NCBI GenBank assembly: GCA_029882515.1
Contig: JAOUKN010000001.1
Coordinates: 5,298 to 69,297 of the forward strand
Source of the DNA: Candidatus Bathyarchaeota archaeon
Lineage (GTDB): Archaea > Thermoproteota > Bathyarchaeia > Bathyarchaeales > Bathyarchaeaceae
Direction: 5' to 3'
DNA: 64,000 nucleotides
Part shown: piece by piece, positions 48,230-57,916 of the stretch
How positions within the stretch are numbered: position 1 is the first letter of the stretch
Layout: each line of letters opens with the position of its first letter
The notes under the pieces: model-generated
Told to the model about the DNA's origin: nothing
The model's database searches: none
What the model saw: only the letters and a program-made list of their open reading frames with translations
Program-made: the position numbers and the translations under genes

Positions 48230-48601
48230 TTACCTGAGCCCCAGACATGCTTCATACAAGGTTTCCCCTGTTTCTTCATCAATATCGTGGGTCACGAGAT
48301 AGTCAACACCGCCAAGACCTTGAGGATTGATGTGCCACGTTACATGCCAAATTTCATGATCCTTACCGTTTTGTGTTTTGTTTAAGTGACGAGCCTGTAC
48401 CGTATACCAGTCAGCACCCTCCAATAGACTTTGTACAAGCTTTGAGTTTCTGCTTATTTCTATTGCTTCTTCTCTAGTCAGTGAATTTCCTTGTAGTATT
48501 AGTGTGTTTATTGAAGTCAAAGCAAAAGAAGCTATTACAAGTGTCACTATTACTCTTTCTATATTCACAGCCAAGGTTTGACCCGAAGGATAAATATGCA
48601 A
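48230..48601 (-). CDS. membrane-anchored PepSY-like hypothetical protein
   Basis: TM helix, 'LTREEAIEIS', 'IDEETGETL'; start uncertain. Confidence 0.65.
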   Translation of the reverse strand: MHIYPSGQTLAVNIERVIVTLVIASFALTSINTLILQGNSLTREEAIEISRNSKLVQSLLEGADWYTVQARHLNKTQNGKDHEIWHVTWHINPQGLGGVDYLVTHDIDEETGETLYEACLGLR

Positions 48602-48643
48602 ATAAAAATATAAAAGCCTGATGGAACAATATTAATAATCAAA

Positions 48644-48931
48644 ATGTTAATAACTAAAATGTTGATTGAGTTAAATTATATCTTTTTCAGTCTTATTCTC
48701 GTGATTTATAGTGCGTGGCACTATTTCAGAAAACGAAACAGACATCTACTTTACTTCACCCTAAGTCTGACACTTCTAGCGTTGTCGGCTACATTCCAAA
48801 TGCTTAGTTCAACGCTGATTCATCTAGGAATATACTTTAATGTAACAGCACTAAGGCTCCTTGAATTAATTGGTCTAGCTCTCTTCGCATGCTTCACAAT
48901 ATGTGTGATAGTAGCCTTAAAGAAGATATAA
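48644..48931 (+). CDS. small membrane protein
   Basis: Three TM helices. Confidence 0.65.
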   Translation: MLITKMLIELNYIFFSLILVIYSAWHYFRKRNRHLLYFTLSLTLLALSATFQMLSSTLIHLGIYFNVTALRLLELIGLALFACFTICVIVALKKI

Positions 48932-49090
48932 ACTCCCAGCGCGCGTCGCGGTCGATGCAGCTATCGTTGTAGAGTCTCCAGCCTCGAATTTCGGAGCAAA
49001 GAACTCCAAGATTTACTCGTAACCAAAAACGGAGTCCAAATATTATAAAGACTTGAGATGCAAATATACTGCTCTTCAGGTTGTGAAAGA

Positions 49091-50926
49091 ATGCACGGTT
49101 GGAACGGTCAGTTCTTGCGAGCAGACTTAACTAAGGGAAAAACGCTCGTCCAAAAGTACGAGGCGAGCTTGGCTAAGAACTTCCTCGGAGGAAGAGGCTT
49201 CGCCATCAAGATTCTCTGGGACGAGTTGACCCCAGGCACAGACGCCTTATCGCCAGACAACAAACTCATTTTTGCAGCGGGGCCATTGACTGCCCTTAGT
49301 CTTCCCAGTAGCGGCAAATTAGTTGCTGCAGCAAAAAGCCCCATCACCAATGGCTATGGAGACGGAAACTTGGGCACATTAGCCACGGTGCAAATGAGGA
49401 GAGCAGGCTACGACGCAATTGTAATCGAAGGAAAAGCCCCAAAGCCTACATTTCTTCGTATAGACGATGCAAAAACAGAACTAGTAGACTGCAGAGATTA
49501 TTGGGGACTTGGCTCCTTCCAAACCGAAAAGCAGCTTAAAAAGGAATATCAAACAAGTACTGGCGTTGTAGCTATAGGCCCAGCTGGGGAAAATCAAGTC
49601 AAATACGCCACAATAGTATCTCAAGAAGGAAGAGCCGGTGGAAGACCCGGAATAGGCGCAGTTATGGGTTCCAAAAACCTTAAAGCCATCGCCATCAATG
49701 GCACGAAAACAATTCCAACAAAAAACCCAGATGACCTGAAAAAACTAGGCTTAGAGGCATATCGAGAGATTCTAAAAAAACCAAACTACGATTTCTGGAA
49801 ACGCCAAGGAACGATGGCAACTATCGAATGGAGTCAAGAAAATAGCGTCCTCCCAACATACAATTACAGGGAAGGAGTTTTCGATCAATCGGACCAGATA
49901 GGCGGGTTTTTAATGGAAAAACTAAAAGTCGCCCAAAGAGGATGCCCACTGTGTAACATGACCTGTGGTAATGTTGTAAAAGATATAGACAATAAGCAAT
50001 CAGAACTGGATTACGAAAATGTTGCCATGTTAGGTTCTGATATAGGTCTCGGTAACCTTAAGAAAATAGCAGCCCTCAACCGACTAGCCGACGATTATGG
50101 GGTAGACACGATTTCGCTCGGCAACACCATAGGTTTTGCCATGGAGGCTTCGGAGAAAAATCTAGTCGACTATAAGATCGAATGGGGTGATTATGAGACG
50201 GCTCGTTCTCTTGTTGACGAGATAGTCTACAAGCGAGGAAAAGTAGGTGCAATGCTCGCTGAAGGAGTACGTTATGTGTCTGAAAGACTTGGTAAAGGGG
50301 CTTCGAGATGGGCAATGCACGTAAAGGGTTTAGAAATGTCCGCTTATGACTGTCACACGACACCTGGAATGGCCTTATCTTTTGCCACATCTTCTGTGGG
50401 CGCGCATCACAAGGATGCATGGATTATATCGTGGGAGGTAAAAACTGGGCGCGAAACTTATGGTGAAGCCAAAGTAGACAAAATCATTGAGCTACAGCAA
50501 CTAAGAGGAGGAGTGTTCGAATGTCTAACAACATGTCGTCTGCCTTGGATTGAAGTAGGGTTCGAACTAGATTGGTATCCCAAATTTTTGAAAGCTGCAA
50601 CAGGTCAAGACATAAGCATGAACAATCTCCGTACAATTGCGGATAGAGTCTTCAATCTGACGCGGGCTTTCTGGGTAAGGGAATACGGAGACCATTGGAG
50701 CAGGAAAATGGATACACCTCCTGCAAGATGGTTTGATCAACCTCTCACAAAAGGCCCTATGAAAGGATCAAAATTAGACAGAACACAGTATGATGCCATG
50801 CTTCAATTATACTATAACAGAAGAGGCTGGGATGCCAGAGGCATACCTACCAAGAAAACGCTAACAAGACTAGGATTACAAGAAGCAGTTCACGAGCTCA
50901 GTAAAAGCGTTCAATTGACCGCATGA
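49091..50926 (+). CDS. tungsten-family aldehyde:ferredoxin oxidoreductase (FOR-like)
   Basis: 'FLGGRG', 'KSPITNGYGDGN', 'GRAGGRPG.GAVMGSKNLKA', 'DYEN', 'DDYGVDTIS', 'HVKGLE'. Confidence 0.95.
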   Translation: MHGWNGQFLRADLTKGKTLVQKYEASLAKNFLGGRGFAIKILWDELTPGTDALSPDNKLIFAAGPLTALSLPSSGKLVAAAKSPITNGYGDGNLGTLATVQMRRAGYDAIVIEGKAPKPTFLRIDDAKTELVDCRDYWGLGSFQTEKQLKKEYQTSTGVVAIGPAGENQVKYATIVSQEGRAGGRPGIGAVMGSKNLKAIAINGTKTIPTKNPDDLKKLGLEAYREILKKPNYDFWKRQGTMATIEWSQENSVLPTYNYREGVFDQSDQIGGFLMEKLKVAQRGCPLCNMTCGNVVKDIDNKQSELDYENVAMLGSDIGLGNLKKIAALNRLADDYGVDTISLGNTIGFAMEASEKNLVDYKIEWGDYETARSLVDEIVYKRGKVGAMLAEGVRYVSERLGKGASRWAMHVKGLEMSAYDCHTTPGMALSFATSSVGAHHKDAWIISWEVKTGRETYGEAKVDKIIELQQLRGGVFECLTTCRLPWIEVGFELDWYPKFLKAATGQDISMNNLRTIADRVFNLTRAFWVREYGDHWSRKMDTPPARWFDQPLTKGPMKGSKLDRTQYDAMLQLYYNRRGWDARGIPTKKTLTRLGLQEAVHELSKSVQLTA

Positions 50927-51041
50927 GCTTACTAATTCTCGCGTTTCCTCTTTATTCAGAAGCCGGGCTTAGTAAGTCCTTCCAGAAGTTTGCATGATTT
51001 ACTCCAGAATCCTTATTAGTCAATGCGAATGAGAGTTTGAT

Positions 51042-51108
51042 CGGCGGGTGAGTGAGGGTTCACCCCCACCCGTTCCGCCGTAAATAAACCCCGGGATGTG
51101 GAGGTGAA
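51042..51108 (+). promoter_or_regulatory. structured 5' leader of queT, candidate translational riboswitch
   Basis: CGGCGG/CCGCCG stem; TTCACCCCCAC (51059-51069) complementary at 10/11 to GTGGAGGTGAA (51098-51108); TATA-like CTTATTAG at 51012-51019. Confidence 0.55.
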
Positions 51109-51111
51109 TAT

Positions 51112-51657
51112 ACGCGATTTGATGCAAGAGATGTGATTCTTTCAGCGGTTTTCACTAGCTTATATGTAGTTGTAAATGTTATTCAAATGATTTCGATTGG
51201 GAATCCCACTGTTTATGGTCCAGTTCAGCTGCGTATTGCGGACTGTCTCATCGCTTTGTCGGCGCTGTTTGGTTGGCCTGTTGTAGCTGGGGTGACGGTT
51301 GGCTGCTTTCTAACTAACGCATACTATTTTCTTGGTCCGGTGGATGTCGTATTTGGTCCCGTCGCCAACTTAATCTCTGCAAGTGTTATTTTGCTTCTTA
51401 GAAGAAGACAATTATTGGCTTGTATTGTTGGTTCTTTTCCAATAGGCATTGTCGTGGGAGGATACTTGTGGACTTTCCCATTCATTTCAGCACCAGATGT
51501 TCTAGGATTTCTACCTGCGTGGGCAGCTATGACTGTGAGCATCACCATCAGCAGTCTTATAGCTATCGCTGTGATCGGCTACAGTTTGCTCATCATTTTA
51601 AGCAGACCAAATGTCATTGAGCCCTTAAAGTCTCGTGGACTTAAGGCGCTGTCTTGA
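51112..51657 (+). CDS. queT: QueT family (COG4708) queuosine-precursor transporter; probable ACG start
   Basis: 'YGPVQLRIADCL', 'GVTVGCFLTN', 'DVVFG'; frame extends upstream as (ACG)RFDARDV after the SD. Confidence 0.85.
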   Translation, partial: TRFDARDVILSAVFTSLYVVVNVIQMISIGNPTVYGPVQLRIADCLIALSALFGWPVVAGVTVGCFLTNAYYFLGPVDVVFGPVANLISASVILLLRRRQLLACIVGSFPIGIVVGGYLWTFPFISAPDVLGFLPAWAAMTVSITISSLIAIAVIGYSLLIILSRPNVIEPLKSRGLKALS

Positions 51658-51673
51658 AATCCATGGTGCGGGC

Positions 51674-54367
51674 TTACATGAACCTTTCAAGTTTAGTTAG
51701 CCCGATTATTTCATTGAAGTTTAGTCCCATCGCATCCAAAACTTGATCGAAAGTTGACTGTAAATAGGCGACATACTTATCCACATCTATTTCGCTATTG
51801 GAAGCCAACTCAACAGGCTTTACATGAGGATCTTTTGTCACTTTCACAAAACTAATTAAGTCACCTGCTTTCAGTTCGTAGCCTCTCTTCTGGAGGAGGG
51901 TGGCAGCTTTAACGTGCTGGGGTGTCGTCTTTGTATATCGTTCTGGAGTTTTTCCGAGAACCACCTGAAACGCAAGTTCATCTGGGGTCTCTCCCCAGTC
52001 GCGTCGTTTTAGTCTTAGATAGCGATCTTGAACGATTTTTCGGATGTCCTTTTTGGCTGTTTCAAACTCTATGGGTGACTTCACTTGTGCTAGGCGTTCT
52101 TCCATCTGGTCAAAGGCTTCCTTGATAAACATGGGGATATGTCTCTTTTTTCCAGTTAATCCCTTAACATCGACACTTCCATCCGGGAAAACTCCAAGAT
52201 AGTTCTTTTTTCTTGAACTGAAGACTGAATAGCGATAGATCTTGTCTACGTCTAATTCCATTCCTAATTCTTTTTCTGACCATTTAGCGATTGAGTTAAT
52301 TTGACTCGGGGATGGGCCTTTCAAGAAGATGCTATCCGTGTCTCCATAAATAACTTCAATTCCTGATTCTCTCGCCTTCTTAATTGACTGTGTTATTACA
52401 TGTCTTCCAATAGAAGCAGTCGCTTCAGCAACTGGGGGACAATACAAATCAAAAGATTCTGCACCAAAAACTCCATAACTCGCATTAAGAATAACCTTGA
52501 GTGCACTCTGTATAACATCATACCAACTTCGCAGTTCAGCTGACAATGTTTTGTCTTTTGATTTTGGCTTATACCACCTCACTCTCAGATCCCTCAAGGC
52601 TCCTACTAGTAGACTTTCAAGGGCTTGCTGTCTCTTGCACACCCAGTGAGGAGTCTCAGGCACCTTATTGTCCTTGCATTCCTCATGGGAACAAAGAATG
52701 GTTTGGTAGCCCAAGTTGTAAACTTTGATTATTGAGGGGTATAGACTGGCAAAGTCCATGACTGCTACGTTGAAGTGTACACCGGGTACTGGTTCAACCA
52801 CAATTGCTCCCTTGTACTTCTTGCCTTTTATGATCGCTTTTGTGGCAGTTGTTCCCTTTAGAGTAAGTATGTCTTCAGCGTTGGGAATCAGCATTCCTCT
52901 TCTTCGATGTTCATGATAAAGAAAGTTTCGAATCCATCTTGAGACTCCTTGTCGACTGACATCTTCCATGGGCATACGACTAATTCTTGTAAGAGCCAAG
53001 ATGAGTTTCATGACTAAGTTGTCATCAAAGGTTGTCAAGCGAAGTGTAATTTCTGCATCCCGAAAACAATAATGGGCAAGCTCCGTGTACGTTAATTGGG
53101 ACATGGGTTTTGTAAGTTCAATTTTGGAGACACCTATTAGAGCCTTGCCGACGTTATCTAAAGTTAGGTCGCGATATTTCTGACTAAATGCATAGATCTG
53201 AATGGATTTGTTGAAGAAGAACTTATACAAATCGATGTGAAGGTTGTGAGTGAGCAAACAAACTCTTCTACCGAGTTCGATGGGAATCTGGTTTCTCCTA
53301 AAGCCAAATTTTTGGGCCCGATGAAACAAATATCGAAGATCAAAATCGTCGCCGTTAAACGTAATAACAAAAGGATAGTCACAGAGAGTGTCAAAAATCC
53401 CCGTAATCAGTTTTTCTTCAGAACTATAATATTCAACACTGACGTCCGAAGGTATCTTTACAATGCCCTCTCTAATACTGTCTCGTTCTAAGAGCAGAAT
53501 TCTCTTTTTTCCGTCGGATCCATAAAGTGAGGCACAAATCACTGGATGCTCAGCTTCACGAGGATCAGGGACACGTGAAGTTTTTATGCCTTCACGCTCT
53601 ATTAGGGGAGGCAAAACTTCGATATCAAGGGCCACTCTTCGGAATTTTGGTGCTGGATATTCAAGTAGCCTTGCCCACATTTTGATATATTGCAGAAACT
53701 CTTTAGATTCGTCTCGGAATAACTCTAGGATTTTCTTAATGGTTTCCTCGGAAGTTTCATGTTGTGCACGAGCAAGTTTCTGATTGTCTATTTTATAGAG
53801 CATGCCGGGAGCTAGATCCCGGTCATAAATGTAACATTGATAATATTTGATGGCTGCTTCCCATACTTTGACGGGTTGTTCTATGCCGGTTGTTTTTGGG
53901 TATTCCTGTGGAATAATGTCTCTTATACAGCCTACTGGACGTCCTCCAATTGCTAGAGGGTCTTTGGCGACAACTTTTGTCACGGTGACCTGACGATCTA
54001 GAAGGGGGTCATACTTTTTCACTAATTCAACGTGATCGAATCCATGATGGGTCTTTAGGCGATCAATTTTTTCGAGTTCAATGGGCGATAGGTTTGTTAG
54101 GCAATAAGGTTTGTGTCCAGTGTTGTCGTACCAGTAATAGATTTTCTCAGATTTCGGCTCATACAGTTTCAGACGCGCAGAACCCTTCTTCCCATCGTAA
54201 GTGGCTGACACAAAATATGAAGGAGGCAGATTTTGGGGAATACGGTCAAAACTTTGAGGTTTCTTTTCTTCTGATGTCTTCTCTTCTGAAGGCTTGGACT
54301 CTCCTTTCCCTTTTTCCACCAAAGTATCGGCAGATCTTAAGAACGCATCTAAACTTGTCTTTGCCAT
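51674..54367 (-). CDS. polB1: family B DNA polymerase (PolB1 type)
   Basis: ExoI 'LDIE', 'FNGDDFD', 'DFASLYPSII', 'KVILNASYGVFG', 'YGDTDS'. Confidence 0.97.
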   Translation of the reverse strand: MAKTSLDAFLRSADTLVEKGKGESKPSEEKTSEEKKPQSFDRIPQNLPPSYFVSATYDGKKGSARLKLYEPKSEKIYYWYDNTGHKPYCLTNLSPIELEKIDRLKTHHGFDHVELVKKYDPLLDRQVTVTKVVAKDPLAIGGRPVGCIRDIIPQEYPKTTGIEQPVKVWEAAIKYYQCYIYDRDLAPGMLYKIDNQKLARAQHETSEETIKKILELFRDESKEFLQYIKMWARLLEYPAPKFRRVALDIEVLPPLIEREGIKTSRVPDPREAEHPVICASLYGSDGKKRILLLERDSIREGIVKIPSDVSVEYYSSEEKLITGIFDTLCDYPFVITFNGDDFDLRYLFHRAQKFGFRRNQIPIELGRRVCLLTHNLHIDLYKFFFNKSIQIYAFSQKYRDLTLDNVGKALIGVSKIELTKPMSQLTYTELAHYCFRDAEITLRLTTFDDNLVMKLILALTRISRMPMEDVSRQGVSRWIRNFLYHEHRRRGMLIPNAEDILTLKGTTATKAIIKGKKYKGAIVVEPVPGVHFNVAVMDFASLYPSIIKVYNLGYQTILCSHEECKDNKVPETPHWVCKRQQALESLLVGALRDLRVRWYKPKSKDKTLSAELRSWYDVIQSALKVILNASYGVFGAESFDLYCPPVAEATASIGRHVITQSIKKARESGIEVIYGDTDSIFLKGPSPSQINSIAKWSEKELGMELDVDKIYRYSVFSSRKKNYLGVFPDGSVDVKGLTGKKRHIPMFIKEAFDQMEERLAQVKSPIEFETAKKDIRKIVQDRYLRLKRRDWGETPDELAFQVVLGKTPERYTKTTPQHVKAATLLQKRGYELKAGDLISFVKVTKDPHVKPVELASNSEIDVDKYVAYLQSTFDQVLDAMGLNFNEIIGLTKLERFM

Positions 54368-54515
54368 TCTTTTTTTGTCCCATCTGATATGTGTCTAATG
54401 TCCTAAAAAAACTCTGTGATCAATACAGTCAACCGTTATCTTCTATTTCTTCATATGATAATACAGCGCACCTAATTCATGACAAAATAGAAATAGGCGT
54501 GAAATGTGAGAATAC

Positions 54516-54986
54516 TTGGAGAAAATGTGTTATTTGACGATAGGCTATTATGTGGTATGCCTTAGTCCTTTGTTGTCCATACTTGTCTACATATATGTTC
54601 CTGAACTCTTAGTAGGACCAAGTTACGACTGGCTTCATCCGATGATAGTTTATACAGGAATACATACATTGATCATAGGCGTCCAATTGTGTGGAATATT
54701 TCTCTATCTTCTATGGTATAGAAATGAGAGGATAGAATCTAAGCAATTGCCCTTTGTGAGACTCTCTAGCGTTCTTCTTATACTGTGGGGTGGTCTTGTA
54801 GGCTTGTTTGTAGCTGGCTTTTGGAACAAGGAGGTGCTACCTTGGAGCAGGTTGCCCGGTGTTAGAGGGCTCATAATTTGGGATTACCTGCAATTTGTAT
54901 CTTGGGCTCTCAAGGGCTTTCTGTGGATCGCCTCGGGTCTACTATTCCTCGTCATTTTCCAATTCCAAAGACACAAAAAAAGCTAA
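54516..54986 (+). CDS. membrane protein
   Basis: Four hydrophobic segments. Confidence 0.65.
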   Translation: MEKMCYLTIGYYVVCLSPLLSILVYIYVPELLVGPSYDWLHPMIVYTGIHTLIIGVQLCGIFLYLLWYRNERIESKQLPFVRLSSVLLILWGGLVGLFVAGFWNKEVLPWSRLPGVRGLIIWDYLQFVSWALKGFLWIASGLLFLVIFQFQRHKKS

Positions 54987-55147
54987 AACCTGAAGAACTA
55001 GATAGAACTCGCCCTTCTAAATCATGCGCTTTGACCGAAAAATGTTCTTAGCAAAAAGGCTCCCACTGTTATCGTATTGCTTAAAATGCCATAAGTCCTG
55101 AAGAGTTAACAGAAACGTGGTATACTATTCGTGATGGGAGAATTAGG

Positions 55148-56482
55148 TTGTTACGAGATGCTTGGGCGCTGGCTATTGAAACGTTGAGCTGGATCGAGTT
55201 ACGGAAGTTGGGAGAGCGATTAGCGTTAAGCAAAGCCGCCCGACAACTGGAGATAGGGGATTCAAAGACCCTAGGATTAGCGCACAAACTGGTTTGTGAG
55301 ACGATTCGAGCAAAGAATCTTGTTGACTATCTTCTAAATTCAGCGTTAATGCCTCGGTCACTCACGGACCTCAAGCTTGGCTTGCGGGCTTTTCTTCGTT
55401 TGTATACATACGAAACGCAGATAGTTGGTCACGGTCTTGAGAAAGCTATTGATATGACACGGATTGGTCGTTCCATATTGGGTTGGCAAGAGTTTTCAGA
55501 GGTTGAGGAAACCCTAGGTAGGATACTTGATACGCAGCCCAATGTTCTCTTGCAATATCTGAGTGATGAAGAGAAACTCGGGTTATCCACCTATAATCCG
55601 CGATGGTTTGTGAAATATTGTTTCAAAATGTTTGGAAGAAAAGAAGCCTTACGCTTCTTGGAAAGTTCTAGGGAAATTCCTGCGACGTACATAAGGATAA
55701 ACACGTTGAAAGGACCTGAAGAGAAATTAGTTGAGAGTATAGAAAGAGAACAGGTTGTTCTCGAGAAGGTGAAGTCACTCAGATACACGTACAAAGTGGA
55801 TAAGAATCGGCGACCCCTTACGAGAACACAAAGTTTTCGAGATGGTTTCTTCTTTATTCAAGACAAGGCTAGTTGTCTCAGTGTGGAAGTTGCCAATCCG
55901 GCATCAGGTGCAACGGTGCTTGATGTGTGTGCTGCCCCTGGAGCGAAAACAACGTACTTAGCGCAAGTAATGGAGAATAAAGGCACTATTTATTCGATAG
56001 ATTATTCGAAACGTAGAATGAAGGTTTGGAAAAGAGAAATAGAAAGAATGGGCGCTGAAGTCAGTGCTGCAGTTATTGCTGATGCTCGTAAGCCTTTGCC
56101 TATTACGGTGTTGGCTGATTTGGTTATTTTAGATCCTCCTTGCACTAGTACTGGAGCCTTTGGGAAAGTTCCTTCGGCAAAGTGGAGGCTTACAAAGAGA
56201 TCGGTGTCAAGAATGGTGAAGTTGCAGTGGGAAATGTTGGACCAGTGTGCAGAGTACGTAAAGAATGAAGGGTTCTTAGTATATTCGACGTGTAGTGTTA
56301 CCTTAGAAGAGAATGAGATGTTGATTGAACGGTTTCTGAAATGGCATCCAACATTTACGTTTGTAGAGACTTTACCAAGAATAGGCCTACCTGGGCTGAG
56401 AGGTCAGAGCAAATGTCAAAGACTGTATCCTCACCTTCATGAATGTAACGGCTTCTTTGTTGCAAAACTTTTGAAAGAGTAG
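55148..56482 (+). CDS. RsmB/NOL1/NOP2 family RNA m5C methyltransferase
   Basis: 'IQDKAS', 'LDVCAAPGAKT', 'DPPCTSTG', 'YSTCS...EENE'. Confidence 0.95.
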   Translation: MLRDAWALAIETLSWIELRKLGERLALSKAARQLEIGDSKTLGLAHKLVCETIRAKNLVDYLLNSALMPRSLTDLKLGLRAFLRLYTYETQIVGHGLEKAIDMTRIGRSILGWQEFSEVEETLGRILDTQPNVLLQYLSDEEKLGLSTYNPRWFVKYCFKMFGRKEALRFLESSREIPATYIRINTLKGPEEKLVESIEREQVVLEKVKSLRYTYKVDKNRRPLTRTQSFRDGFFFIQDKASCLSVEVANPASGATVLDVCAAPGAKTTYLAQVMENKGTIYSIDYSKRRMKVWKREIERMGAEVSAAVIADARKPLPITVLADLVILDPPCTSTGAFGKVPSAKWRLTKRSVSRMVKLQWEMLDQCAEYVKNEGFLVYSTCSVTLEENEMLIERFLKWHPTFTFVETLPRIGLPGLRGQSKCQRLYPHLHECNGFFVAKLLKE

Positions 56483-56600
56483 TTGACTTCGGATTAAGGC
56501 TGTGTCGTGCGAGACCCTAAATATCAAAGACATGTGGGGACTACATCTTCTTTCGATGAATGCGAGTGGGCCTTTCTGTAGCTGCTTTTGCTGTCGAAAT

Positions 56601-56807
56601 TCATTCTTCTTCCACGGTTATTGCTTCGGTTGGGCATGAAGTTACACAGGCCATGCAGAGGATGCAATCATCTGGTCTAACGGGTACTGATTTCTGTGTG
56701 TCTGGATGTTCAGGAAGGTCTTGCAGTTCAAAGACATCTACTGGACAAACATCCACGCAGACTCCGTCACCGTTGCATTTGGTTCGGTCAACCTCAACTT
56801 TTGGCAT
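56601..56807 (-). CDS. dicluster ferredoxin
   Basis: 'CNGDGVCVDVCP' and 'CILCMACVTSCP'. Confidence 0.95.
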   Translation of the reverse strand: MPKVEVDRTKCNGDGVCVDVCPVDVFELQDLPEHPDTQKSVPVRPDDCILCMACVTSCPTEAITVEEE

Positions 56808-56965
56808 GTTTATCTGACCTCAGATATTGCCTAATCAGCGTGTAGAGATTTTAATATTTTCCGTTGTCACCCAGCTTTTGTGGGATGCCACGTTTTTGCA
56901 AATCGATATCAGCGAAGAGAAAATTGCTACTAAGCTTCGCATCTTTTTTTGGCACAGCAATAATC

Positions 56966-57115
56966 TTACTTTGTTACTTTCACATTGATCTCTTTCCAGT
57001 CCTTTTCTATTCCGCGCAACGATGTCACTGCTCCTACAAGGGTTCCACTCAACATCTTTGTAACAAACTTGTTCAGAGCAATCTCTTTACCGTTAACGAA
57101 CAGCTTAACATCCAA
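56966..57115 (-). CDS. 49-aa protein resembling the C-terminal domain of MobB (absent from ORF track)
   Basis: GGGGTGA RBS, TTG start; (M)DVKLFVNGKEIALNKFVTKMLSGTLVGAVTSLRGIEKDWKEINVKVTK. Confidence 0.75.
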   Translation of the reverse strand: MDVKLFVNGKEIALNKFVTKMLSGTLVGAVTSLRGIEKDWKEINVKVTK

Positions 57116-57259
57116 TAACATCACCCCAAAACGCCTTATGTCATTAGAAAAGTAAAGGCTTTGCGTAAACTATTTAGCCCGAGCAGTTGTTGAAATCGCG
57201 TGGCAAGAGCAATCTCCACAAGTTGAAGCTGGATGAAAGAGAAATTGAGCCCGATTGAT

Positions 57260-57916
57260 ATGAAACTTGACAACAAAGCTAGAGTGTTAAAGCTCATTGA
57301 CCTGCTGGAAAAGGAGCACTCTGACGCAAAGACAGCCCTAAACTACACAAACCCTCTGGAGCTCCTAGTAGCCACAATTCTTTCAGCTCAGTGCACCGAC
57401 CGAAGAGTAAACACTGTCACGGAGGCACTCTTTAAAAAGTACCGAAAGGTGGAAGACTATGCCAATGCAGATCCAGAGGAACTTGAGGAAGACATAAGAT
57501 CCACGGGTTTTTACAGGAACAAGGCTAAAAACATCAAGAAATGTTGCCGGATCCTAGTTGACAAGTTCGACTCGCAAGTTCCAAAAACAATGGAAGAACT
57601 GCTTAGCCTACCCGGCGTTGCCCGAAAGACTGCTAATATTATTTTATCGAATGCCTATGATGTTATCGAGGGAATAGCCGTTGACACTCACGTCCGTAGG
57701 CTTGCCAGAAGACTAGGTCTCACGCAGCATGAAAATCCGAATAAAATAGAGGATGATTTGATGAAGATAGTTCCTAAGAATTACTGGAAACGAATCACAG
57801 ACTTGTTAATATTTCATGGTAGAAGAATATGCGTGGCAAGGAAACCAAAATGTGGAATCTGCATCTTGAACAAATTCTGTCCATCGGCTTTCTTCGTTGA
57901 CCAATTAAGACCATAA
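57260..57916 (+). CDS. nth: endonuclease III
   Basis: 'LLVATILSAQCTD', HhH 'LPGVARKTA', 'VDTHV', C-X6-C-X2-C-X5-C. Confidence 0.96.
   Translation: MKLDNKARVLKLIDLLEKEHSDAKTALNYTNPLELLVATILSAQCTDRRVNTVTEALFKKYRKVEDYANADPEELEEDIRSTGFYRNKAKNIKKCCRILVDKFDSQVPKTMEELLSLPGVARKTANIILSNAYDVIEGIAVDTHVRRLARRLGLTQHENPNKIEDDLMKIVPKNYWKRITDLLIFHGRRICVARKPKCGICILNKFCPSAFFVDQLRP

Noticed and set aside
51674..54367. Intein or casposon polymerase
   Set aside because: Length and motifs fit an uninterrupted cellular PolB1; no protein-primed features or terminal repeats.
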